A stretch of DNA of 54,774 nt, filler included, from Catajapyx aquilonaris (lineage: Eukaryota), in the NCBI GenBank assembly GCA_000934665.2. It is 3 parts of 3 records of this genome, joined end to end, with 100 filler letters (N's around TTAATTAATTAA, not from the genome) between each part and the next. Parts side by side here need not be neighbours in the genome. Positions count along the whole stretch, not along the records: positions 1 to 18,190 come from JYFJ02006750.1; positions 18,291 to 36,498 come from JYFJ02006751.1; 1 more part is not named here. One strand, 5' to 3'. Positions 11,280 to 21,821 of the stretch are shown piece by piece. The translations under genes were made by a program, and so were the position numbers. Position 1 is the first letter of the stretch, and each line of letters starts with the position of its first letter. Below the pieces are notes generated by a model. That model saw nothing but the letters and a program-made list of their open reading frames with translations, was not told where the DNA came from and made no database searches.

Positions 11280-13995
11280 GGCTTTTCTCCTGGTGACACT
11301 GAGCCAACTGCAAGGATGACAAACGTGCGACTGACTGAAATAAAATCCATTCCTTCCCGAAGGTCAGGTGTGTTGCAAAACCATGTACCCCTTCAATTGA
11401 CACCAGTGCTTACGTGACACCCCATCAAGGCGGTTCCTGTGGTATTTAAGACACGGAGGCCACACATGTCGGAAAATTCCATGAAGTAATAATGTTCTTG
11501 AGGGCGGCAACAGAATAATTATGACGATCTACCTCTTTATACCGTCTGCCCCACATTGAAGTCGATAGTGGTCTGGACAATCCTGTAGATGTATATACGA
11601 TGCATTCTATTTTTTATTGCGTTAGACATTTATTACATACAAAGAGCTTTGAATGTGATAAACGTACTGTAGGCAACCGTAAATGTGCAATGTTTTCAAA
11701 AATGACAAAGCAACCTGATAAAGTATGTTTCACCGGCCACGCATTAAACATGTTATGCATCGGAATATTTAATTACATGACTTTTTAAATTTTTCTTCTG
11801 AGTTCACATAGCGGTACTGACTCTGAGTGTACGGAAATGTGTTACTTTAGAATAATATTAAATACACACATGTACAGTACATATGTATATAGGTACTGCA
11901 CGTATGGGTGAGTATGTATGTATGTATTGGACTGGATCGCTTAATGTGTATAAGAGATATAACTGTGAGGATTAAAGTGATGATTCAGAAGGTTCATACA
12001 TTTCACCTTTATAATTATGAAGACAGATACCTGTGTGAAAAATGCGGCAAAATCCCATTGCTTTTCACGTGAAGATGACACGTCCTGTGGCTGCTTCACA
12101 TAGGCATTCATAAAAATTACATGTAATTACGTATATTACAGTTATTTACGTACATTGCATACACATAAATTACATACCGTATATATGTTACATTTACTTG
12201 TATCACATTATTATAATTGGCGACATAAATTTCTGCTCGAAGCGATCATTAAAAATAAACCAGGAAACCATGCTTATACTAGTAGCAATATTAAGCAAGT
12301 GCAAGAATACTCCCCTGAAAGAGCAGGAATAATTATTTGAAACTACTGTATACTTGGATTTAATGTTTTAATAATAAATGTTTGTTTGAAGAAGTACTTT
12401 TGTGCAAAAATTAGGTGACTATACAAAAGTGGCGCTATGATACATTCGCACTCTTGGACGTGACGCTGGCTGGGACTTTAAGTGATGTAATCATTTTATC
12501 TTCATAGAAGACACTGTGGCAAACAAGTGATTACAAAAATCAATTCTTGAAACCCCTTTTTTGTGTACACTTTTCGCTGAAAAAGTGCTGTCCGGAATTT
12601 GTGCAACATCTGTCTTACAGCCAGCAGTGTTACGACTGGGGCAGTTTTCAATTCTTATAACAAGAGGACGGCACTGGACAGAAATGATGTTCAGAAAAGA
12701 AAGGAAAAACATAAATTTTAAAATTTTAACAAAAATCCAGCAGCCATATTGGAATCGGTCGTGCGAACATCGGGCACAGTGGGATTGCGATACTATTTTG
12801 CACGAGAGTGTTTTTTTTCTCTCTATACGATAGCCTGTGTTATCGATTTCTGATAGCATTTGGGAAAAGTTGCATCCCCCACAAGTATAGATTTGGTACC
12901 GCTATCAGGCAAACTGTTTAATAATTTCAGTTAAAAATCCTGACGAATAATTATTTTTACATAGTGAATATAGCCTGTGTTACATGCAGCTTGAGTTATC
13001 ACTATCAGAAGCAGGGGCAACAGACCTGTATCAAAGGGCTCAAATGTAACAGCTTACTGTGCATAATAATTGGGGTAAGATATGCTGATTAGGCTAATCT
13101 TACCACAACCGTGACATGTCTTTTTTCGAAATTCATAATGAGACAAAAAAAAAGGCATTAGAAAAGCAGCATCGCTTTTGTCGTGAATGGAAAACAAATA
13201 TTGGGTTATCCCTTAAAACAGTGGTTCATCCCCAAGCATATAGGGTCCCGACCCAAAATAGGGTCACCAACAAGTTTTCAAGGTGCGCGAGGTCTGGAAA
13301 AGGGAAGAAAAATTAAGAGAAAATAAGGCAAGTCAAAATCATCTGTGCATGATTGATGTTTGATGCTGTTCCTCTACAGTCAACACTCTGCACCATGTAA
13401 TATTATTTCTTCCGTTTCAACAGTACCAATTATTATTTATCTTCGTAATTTCCCCGCCATTTGCTAACAATAATGAATGATCCCTTTCAGATCTAATGCA
13501 CCAGAAGACATGATGGCACATTAAGACTCCCCAGTTGCGGATCTAATGTGAGAGAAACCTTATGGATTCATTCCTTCAAATCAACTGTGGGCAAAGAATT
13601 ATCCCCCCNCCCCCCCCCCCAAACGCACATTTCCCTAGGGAAAAGTCACCAGGATGAAACTTGGGAGGGGAATTATGCTAATAAATCATGGTCTTACATG
13701 AATCATGGCCATGGGTAATGTATTTGTTGATACATGTAGTAAAACATATTGATGAAGTATAGAATTAGATGCGTGCAAAGAGATTTTTTTTTTTTTGCGA
13801 ATAACGGTTCGATTCGTGAGTTATGTCATGTAACAACACGTGTCACCCACATTTTCACGTGTCTTATTCCTAGAACTGGGATGTGAATAATGAAGGTTCG
13901 TTCCCCTTCGGCGAAACGGGCGTAGGTGGTAAGGCCCAAGCATGTCAATCAAAATATTATTACGTAAGACCAAGAAGCATAGCACGATTTGTGGG

Positions 13996-15900
13996 TTATG
14001 TAACATCGGATGGTTTGTCCCTCAGATGGATTTGGTAATTTGCTTTCCAGGTCAGCTCACATATACCTGAACGCCAATTAATGATCACTTCAACAGAAAA
14101 TGCAACAACAGACGCGATGGCACCTCCTCCAAAGACCATGAAGGCACCAATCACTTTGGATAGAGTCAGCTTGTCATGTCCTTCGCTGGACAATACCTCA
14201 AGGTAATGTCTGTTTGTTCTGGTGGAATTCAAGGCAATCATGTACATAAACAATCGTTCGTCCCTTTGCCAAATACCAATGGCATTGAACACTTGGATTT
14301 TGCGTTGGAAATTGTCCGAGTAAGGGCTGTCCTTGGGGAAGGCCATCGACAAATACGTCCACATAAAGTTGCTATTGGACAACAAAACTTTAGATTCTCC
14401 TTTTTCGTCGTATAACTCTGGACTTTGCAGGTAACGGAACTCATAATCCATCAAGACGCAAGAGGCGTCATTCCCATCCAACGTAGTAAAGATGCATTCC
14501 TCGGTGGTCTCCACTCCGATGTTCTTCTCCAACATTATGTCCATGTCATTTGGCTCCTCGTCAGAAACTAATATCGCCCTTCCCCCCTTATATAAGTTCC
14601 TGATGTACATGTCGAAATTGGAGTGGACCAGATCTGACGTCGTTTCTGGCAGGATTTCTTTCCTCGGATTGAGAATCAGAGACAGCAGGTCTGTCTTGTA
14701 CCCGACTCCAACATTGACGGCCAAGATTGCCCAGGACACGAGCAGCATTCGAAGAGAGGAAGCAGAAGGCACTTCAGGAAACTGCTCGATCATCACCATT
14801 GCAGTCCTGGCCAGGTGGGACAAGTAGGAACGACGCGTGGTTGCCATCAACGTGGAGCGACACACTTCCAGGAGGAAGAGACAAAGAGACACGAAGAATA
14901 TGGAGAGGACGATCATGGACCAGGTAAGCGGCTGGTAGGGAAGGAGGAACACTGCTGGGCTTAGAACATCCTTGGGTTTCCGTGTGAGGAACGTGAGTCG
15001 ACCCAATCTGTGGTAGGATATGAACTCCAAGATGTGCAACTTAAAGATCGGGTAGACGTTCGCAATGGACGGAAAGAAGCTTATTTTGCCTGACATCATA
15101 TTGTTAAGGGCCTGAAACACTTGGGTGGCGTTGGCGGCATCGAAAACTGTCACGTCCCAGGTGAAGTTGAGGGCATCTTGCAAGAAGCACATGTAAGGGA
15201 TCTTTATAGTCGCAAAATCACTGCATTCGGATGGATCCTTGGGTACATCCTACACACCTTTCAGATGCCTTTTTCGAAAGTTGTCCTCTGCGTTGGGAAG
15301 TGTGTCCTGCACATGAGGAACATTCTCCAGGAGCTGAATGGTGTCCCTTCCAGACTCGCAGTGGAAGCAGTCCGTGCTCACCATCAACCCATCTTTGGAG
15401 TCAAAGTGAAGAGCCAACTTGAATTTGACTTCTCTCAAATGCAGTTTCATGAAATGATCCCGAACGTCATTGTCCCTAACCCAAACCAGGAACAAGTCCT
15501 TTGTTTTGCGAATACTGGCTCGTTTGTAGAGATCTGTCATTGTTTTGTCCAGTGTGTCCATGCATGTAGTGACGAAGTGAACTGCGCAGTTACACGTACT
15601 CTTCAGCAGTTCTTCGTCGTCTTCGTCATCTTCGTCGTCTTCATCGACTTCTTGGACAACACCCGTGCAGTTGAAGAGTGTCCTTTGGACAGATTGCAGC
15701 ACCACAACTGGCCTGTCCTGATCTGCCAGAAGTGTCTGCAGCGAAGGGTGAATCCCTTCCCAAAGGTCGTGGCTGATGACAAGAGAGCAAGTGACATCCA
15801 CTTGATCCAACACACCGGACAAGTACTGGGTCACTTTTGACACTGGGTCTGTCCGATTCACTAAAACCAGTGAGGTGAAGAGTGCCATCCATGTCTCCAT
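13996..15900 (-). pseudogene. Divergent ionotropic receptor, tandem copy 4, with an in-frame premature TAG (15250-15252) and a C-terminal 2-bp frameshift
   Basis: ORFs 15250-15900 and 13996-15192 are in the same frame. Codon GTG-TAG-GAT aligns with GTG-TCA-GAT / GTG-TCG-GAG (Ser) in the paralogs. An AT insertion near 14062 changes the tail after the last TM. Confidence 0.88.
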
Positions 15901-16726
15901 ATCTTTTTTCTTGGTGACACGGGGCCAACTGCAAGGATGACAAACGTGCGACTGACTGACATAAAATCTATTCCTTCTAGAAGCTCAGGTGTGTTTGACA
16001 CCAATGTTTGACACCAGTGCTTACGTGACACCCCATCAAGGCGGGTCCTGTGGTACCGGTATTTAAGACACGGAGGCCACACATGTCGGAAGATTCCATG
16101 AAGTAATAATGTTCTTGAGGGCGGCAACAGAATAATAAATTATGACGATCTACCCGTCTATACAGCCTGCCCCACGTTGAAGTCGATAAGTGTTCAGTAC
16201 AATCCTGTAGATGTACGATGCATTCTACTTATTATTGTGTTAGGAATTGCGTGAGGCGTCACATTTAATTGGCGATATGAATTTTTCCTCGAAGCAACCA
16301 TTAAAAATAAACCAGTAAACCATGTGTACTACAGTAGTAGAATACTCCCCTGAAAGAGCAGGAATACGTAATATATTGAAACTACTGTACCTATTGCTTT
16401 TGGATTTCATGTTTTAATAATCTTTGTTTAAACAAGTACTTTTGTGCGAAAATGAGGTGACTACAGAAGTGGCGCTATAGGAAAAATTCGCACTCTCATA
16501 TGACTTGCACATGACGCAGCTTGGTACTTTAATTGATTTAATTACACACTCGAACGTCATATAGGACATAATATGGGTCATTCTAAATTTACTTGCACTT
16601 TTCATGCCCTGAAAATTAATAATTATTTTCTTGTCAGCATTTAGTTGCTTTTACTCCTTATTACTATCACTTTTTAGAACATTTTATTCAGTCATTAAAA
16701 ATGTATCAAATTAGTTTTATCTCTTA

Positions 16727-16815
16727 CTAGGAAAACCCTCGCTACGCTCGCATTTTCCTAGGGCGCCGGCCTAGAAAACCACTCGCTTCGCTCGTTCTTT
16801 TCTAGGCCTGCGGCC
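16727..16815 (-). mobile_element. Helitron 3' terminus (hairpins + CTAG); the element extends rightward
   Basis: Minus strand ends ...cgagcgtagcgagggttttcCTAG|T with two stacked hairpins. The paralogous empty site in other spacers is tatcttA^Ttgatgg (~4617 and ~9224), the A^T target expected for a Helitron. Confidence 0.7.
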
Positions 16816-17220
16816 TACAGTGCCCACCATAGTTTCAATCGCTTCGAACGTATATTGCCAGTGATGATGCCAATCATATCCACACCCCCCACCCTCACCC
16901 TTTCCTCCGTTCATTCACATATCCGTGATTCCCTATACTCTGCGACCAATCTGCAATCCTCTTCCTATCCCTATCCTATTTGCATTGGCTGGGAAATGTG
17001 CATTCGCCCACCTCAACATACCCATACCTTTGCAATTAAAAAATAATAATAATTGTATGAACAGAAATTCACAACCTCTACCGCCTCTATACTCGCATGA
17101 ACTCGCACACATGTATCTAAATAATTATATGCACCCTTTCGGACCACGTTTTTCTAACTGCTCATAACTTCCCTTTATATTTTAAACAGCCAATGGAACT
17201 TGGCAGTGTCTGTATTAGAT

Positions 17221-17280
17221 AAGTGGTTCCCAACCTGGGGGTCGAGAAGCCTTCTCCGTGGGGTCGAGGGTGGCCGCGAT
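17221..17280 (+). mobile_element. hAT (Charlie-like) terminal fragment
   Basis: (a)AGTGGTTCCCAACCTGGGGGTCG resembles hAT-Charlie TIRs. A similar degenerate end lies at 13219. No partner TIR seen. Confidence 0.35.
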
Positions 17281-17453
17281 TATTTTATTAAATTAAAAAA
17301 TAACTACAATTTAAAAAATAACATTAGATGCCGATCAAAAACTGGTTTAATTCTTCCCGCCACTTTCTTCTGACGTTCTCGGCCTATCCCCGTGTTCAGT
17401 GTTGAATATCGCGGCTAATCCTGCTTACCAACTCTTCCCAATGGGGATGCCAG

Positions 17454-18097
17454 TTAAAGGGACACTCCACTCAAAATACAAGTTGGATTCTAAAAATCGG
17501 GCAAGAAATCCTGATTCCGAGGGTATAAGCTGTTTTTTTGAGAGACGAACGGTAAGGTCAGGGCGAGCCGTCAAAGTTCGGACATTCGAATATGGCGCAA
17601 AAGAGCAGCGCCTCTTGCGGGTCTGGCCAGAAACGGCCCGACACATGCGCCATCTTTGGATATGTAAATTTTTTCAAAGATGGCGGAATCCAACAGTCCG
17701 CGTGGAGATACGAGCGAGCTTCTTGACGGTACGGCGGCTGTTTCTGACCGTGAGAGCGACGTACCAGCAGGGCTTCCCAGCCCAAGTCCGCACGGCCTCC
17801 TCCCGTACCAATTTGAGCCGTACGAGGACGAAGAGGAGGTGACATATAGAGCTGGCGGGGACTATTACGGCACTTTGTCGTACGTGATGGCCTCAATGGC
17901 CATCACTTCCGACGAGGACGACGAGGACGACGACGAGGACGACCAGGACGAGTCAGCTGCTGAAGATGTACCACCACCACCACCACCCAATCGCATGCAG
18001 ATGGAGCCAGCGGAATGGTGCCATTGTGGGAAGTGTTCCAGAATGGAAAGAGCAGATATGTGTATTTGCTGCACCGAATTGAGTGGTGGAGGATATA
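17454..18097 (+). mobile_element. Kolobok-like DNA transposon left end
   Basis: TTAA (17454-57) followed by AGGGACACTCCAC, i.e. a TTAA target plus RR terminus. A P2X7-ballast/KolX-type ORF follows ~220 bp inside. Confidence 0.55.
17680..18097 (+). pseudogene. P2X7 C-terminal ballast-like (KolX/Nanor-like) Cys-rich protein, truncated by MITE insertion
   Basis: PYQFEP motif, acidic/Pro linker, then WCHCGKCSRM..E..C.CC.E, the signature of the P2X7 intracellular Zn-binding ballast domain. The frame runs into the MITE at 18098. Confidence 0.75.
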
Positions 18098-18190
18098 CAG
18101 GGTGTTTACGACCTAACTTTACAAACTTCTAGGGGTAATAGAGGGGACCAAGACAAACATTTTTGACATAGGAAACCGTGTCCGGAAACG
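18098..18190 (+). mobile_element. Tc1/mariner-type MITE, left TIR (runs into gap)
   Basis: TA|CAGGGTGTTTACGACC.... Near-perfect reverse complement of 36599-36689. Confidence 0.8.
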
Positions 18191-18290
18191 NNNNNNNNNN
18201 NNNNNNNNNNNNNNNNNNNNNNNNNNNNNNNNNNTTAATTAATTAANNNNNNNNNNNNNNNNNNNNNNNNNNNNNNNNNNNNNNNNNNNN
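18191..18290. other. Assembly gap with TTAATTAATTAA linker
   Basis: 44 N + ttaattaattaa + 44 N. Confidence 0.97.
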
Positions 18291-18946
18291 GCTAAGAGCT
18301 TTCTACCTTTCGAATTAAATATCCCATCCCGTGCGGTAACCTCCAACAATGGATAGGGCAGGGACCCTGAATTATGCACTTGCGCCTTGTTTGCAATCCT
18401 AGCATTGAAGTCTCCCATTAAGACTATATTGGAATCTTCCACCCCACAACCAGAGATTAATTTACCCAACGAGTCCAACATAGTGTCAAAGTCCAACGCA
18501 GGAGTCAGGTATACAAGCACCAGTAGTATCGGAGAAAAAAACAATGGCCATTGCAAGGTGACAGCAATATAATAAGGTTCCACTGACACAAGCTTAGGGT
18601 TACATGTTGATTTTACAAAAAGGGACAAACCCCCGGAGGGTCGACCCATGCCTGCCCTCCTCACTGCCGGACTATGAAACCCGGTATATCTCGGTGACAC
18701 AACAGGAGAAACCTTAATATCCTTTGCCCAGGTCTCTAACAGTCCCACAACAAGGGGGTCAGTGACCATCGATAAAATGTCCGACACTGCTCCTGCTATT
18801 TCACCCGCGATGTTCCATGAAATCAAACTGTCAGACCCCAACACCCTACTGATCACCCTTTCCTGATTCGGTTCCAATCCAATAACCTCCGAAGCGCCAC
18901 CGGTGTTACGCACCCTCGATGTGGAAAGGGTAGGGGCCGAAAACAA
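18291..18946 (-). CDS. LINE ORF2 N-terminal AP-like endonuclease (partial)
   Basis: ISWNI.G, LLETW, GRPSGGLSLFV, LVYL.P, VLMGDFNARI, NSKGRKLL motifs. Truncated by the gap. Confidence 0.88.
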
Positions 18947-19163
18947 AACCCCAACCCTTCACCCTTCACCCCCACCATCGGACACCGATAAACAATCTTG
19001 CGACACCTCCACCGAGCTTGAGCGCCCATTTGCACATTCACTCAATTCACATGAAAAAAACACTTTCCACCACCGGGAACTGAGAGGCAGAGATGACCTC
19101 CATGGTCTGCCCAAAGTCAGCGTGCAACGGCACCACCAACTTGCACTGCTCCCCTTCCTCACA

Positions 19164-20069
19164 TCAGTTCCTCATGGGATTCTTCCTAGCCTCAACACCC
19201 AACCCCTCCTCGGTGACTTCCACTTCATGCTCTTCATCCTCATCTTGGATAGCTCCATTTGCCGACTTTCGGTGTTTCGCTGCTGCAGCATATGAGGCCG
19301 GCGAAACGGAGGGCTGCCGCTTCGATGGACCCACATTCCCTGGCTGACCTCCAGTGATGGCATTGGTAACTGCCCCTGGATAGGCGGGCTGGACCGAACT
19401 ACACTTCACCAATTGCCCATCCCGCAGACGATGAGGCACGTTTTCCACGACCAGAGTGTCCACTCGCAGCTGGACTTTGTAGTTCTTTTGCTTGAAGTCC
19501 TTGTAATAAGGCATCAGCTCTCTTCTAGCCTCCCTCGTCTCACGGGAATAGTCCTCACCTATGTGGATTGTTGACCCCTTTAGATATCTTGCATTTGACA
19601 GGATGGTGTTTTTGTCCTTGTACCTTAGCAAAAAGGCAATGATGGCCCTGTTTCCTGCCCTGGCACCAACACGATGAACTCTCTGGAACTCGAGGTGTTT
19701 CGGGGAGGGATGCAGACCAAAATCGATTATCACTTGCCGGACCTTGGCCTCCGCCTCCTCCCATGTCTCCCCTCTGACATCCGGAATACCAAAGAAGAGC
19801 AAGTTCTGCCTCCTCCCCTGGTTTTCCATCTGTATCACTCTGTCAGTTAGCAGGGATAACTTCTCACACAGTGCTTGGTTCTCCTCACGCAGGCCGCTAA
19901 TCACCGCCCTTTCTTCTGATAACTCACGCTTCAACTCCTCCACCCCTTTTTGCCAGCCGGAATTGATCTCCGCTGTACACCGCTGCAAGTCTTTGCTGAT
20001 GTCCGCCCTTAGGTCTGCCTTGAGCGTCTTCAGTGCCTCCCTAAGTTCAGCTGCTGTGATGGCCCCCAT
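19164..20069 (-). CDS. LINE ORF1 protein (coiled coil + Transposase_22/L1-type RNA-binding domain)
   Basis: Coiled coil, then ENQGRRQNLLFFGIPD..ETW..AE..V, RVHRVG, R.IIA.L..YKDK..IL..A..LKG..I.I.EDYS.E.R..RR.L. First ATG at 20069. Confidence 0.85.
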   Translation of the reverse strand: MGAITAAELREALKTLKADLRADISKDLQRCTAEINSGWQKGVEELKRELSEERAVISGLREENQALCEKLSLLTDRVIQMENQGRRQNLLFFGIPDVRGETWEEAEAKVRQVIIDFGLHPSPKHLEFQRVHRVGARAGNRAIIAFLLRYKDKNTILSNARYLKGSTIHIGEDYSRETREARRELMPYYKDFKQKNYKVQLRVDTLVVENVPHRLRDGQLVKCSSVQPAYPGAVTNAITGGQPGNVGPSKRQPSVSPASYAAAAKHRKSANGAIQDEDEEHEVEVTEEGLGVEARKNPMRN

Positions 20070-20212
20070 TCCGTATGAGTACCAGTATCTGTCAACCACA
20101 GAACGCCGCACGAGCAAGGCGGGTATTTGACCACACCGACCTTGGGTACTTGGCAAAGCGGGAGCGCGTGTCAGACACGACCGCTTGACAGCCACAGCCA
20201 CAGAGAGTGGTG

Positions 20213-20353
20213 ATCTCTCTTGAGTATGGTGTCCACCAGCTGAACCAATGATTCATCTTCATCCGAATGTGTTTGCAGAGAAATGTTGTTACAGCCCAAC
20301 ACATTTCTATGGATGATCAAGAGGCACGCAATAACACGCCCAAACGCCTTCAT
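20213..20353 (-). pseudogene. IR 5' stub (paralog of the 21822-23980 IR) interrupted by the LINE
   Basis: MKAFGRVIACLLIIHRNVLGCNNISLQTHSDEDESLVQLVDTILKRD aligns with MKRFRRVIVGLLIIQRIVMSTKTISLMNHSEEDEALVQLVGTILRRE. Upstream 20505-20750 is also homologous to 24114-24360. Confidence 0.8.
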
Positions 20354-21821
20354 GTTTTCCAAATGACTATAGGCTTAAAACAATATTAGAAAAGGTTGTG
20401 TATAGGGAATTTGGCGCATTTGGCGTCCACAATATTATGTCTAAAACCAAAACATTATTATACATTATTATACATTATTATTCATGGCCGCAATAATTGC
20501 CTATAATGGGAACGATTAAGGTACCGTACTTGCGAAATGACGCACACGCAAAAGATATTCTGGGTAATTATCTAAATTGACGTAAAGCTGGTATTTGTCA
20601 CGTGGATTCTTCAGCCGAAATGATAAACAGTGCCACAAAATATGAGCCAACTCTATACAATATATTCCATGACAGTTTGGTGTTGTAGAGAGTCATAGTT
20701 ATTTTGGAGATTCAGATGATAAAATGCCAATGGTTCCTCCTCCAAGTAATGAGGAACAGAGACACTGGACTCCCCTAACATAGAAAGTGTGAGAAATATA
20801 CAACCCACAAATTGACATTTCGATTCACTTCCAATAATAATAATTAGCTGCTGCTATACGCTCGCTCTGCATTTGTGGTCGTCAGCTGCAGTATATTGAA
20901 ACATATTATTATCATCGAAGTAGATCATGTGATTTATTATTTCATACATGTGGGTACATACTTTATGTACAGTCATTACCACAAGTATGTACTGCTACCA
21001 CATAAGTCACATAAGTACGATATTGCATATATTCAATACTATTTGTTTCACAACGAGTAGTCATACTACGTTTAATATTGAGCATCACCTATGGTGTCAT
21101 TAAGAGGTCAAGGTTGCTTCATTAAAAAGGCCTGTTGTCACCTTTGCCACTAACCAGGTGTGGGTAGGCCTCTAGTTACGTAAATGCCACGATACCTAAT
21201 CCAAGTAGGACAATTTCTCGAAGCATAGAAATTTTAGAATGCAGTGTAAATCCCTGTTTCCACCGAGCACAAAAACGAAATTTAGATAAAAATCACAAAA
21301 TCAAACATACTTTGGAATCATTCCAAAATTTCAAAATTTGCACAAATTGTGCCCTGCACAAAATGTACATCCAAGATGTCCAACGCGGAATTATTCTGCG
21401 ATAATTCAAGCACAATTGGCTGTTAAATTAAGCTAAACTATTTTCGGGCGGGGGTTCAGCTTAAATAAAATATATTCGGATCTTTGGGTGCTCCCTTCCC
21501 ACCGAGTGCTCTTTTATTTGTGAAAAGAACAAAAATATTGTCCTGGTTGGAACACAAAATCTTCAAAGAAACAAAAATTATTCTAGCTTGCATTTTGTCC
21601 GGAACTAAAATTATGCCGGCGGAAACAAGATGTGATACGTAAAGATAACAGATGTTTCCAGTCACACTCCTAGACCTTGCAGTGGTCGGTGAACATTTGA
21701 AAATTATAGGGTGTCTGATGAACTAAGCACTAACAGTAAATAAGGTCCACCGTGGCACATTCATTAAGATCAAAAGTGATCTTGTTACGAGGTTCTACGA
21801 CAATGCACCTGATAATTATGT

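Larger units (their letters stand above)
18291..20212 (-). mobile_element. LINE (non-LTR retrotransposon), 5' part: 5'UTR, ORF1 and APE endonuclease of ORF2; remainder lost in gap
   Basis: ORF1 plus endonuclease ORF2 on the minus strand, GC-rich. The 5' end abuts an IR coding stub at ~20212. Confidence 0.9.

Noticed and set aside
18235..18246. TTAATTAATTAA palindrome (also 36543-36554)
   Set aside because: Artificial all-frame-stop linker centred in N gaps.
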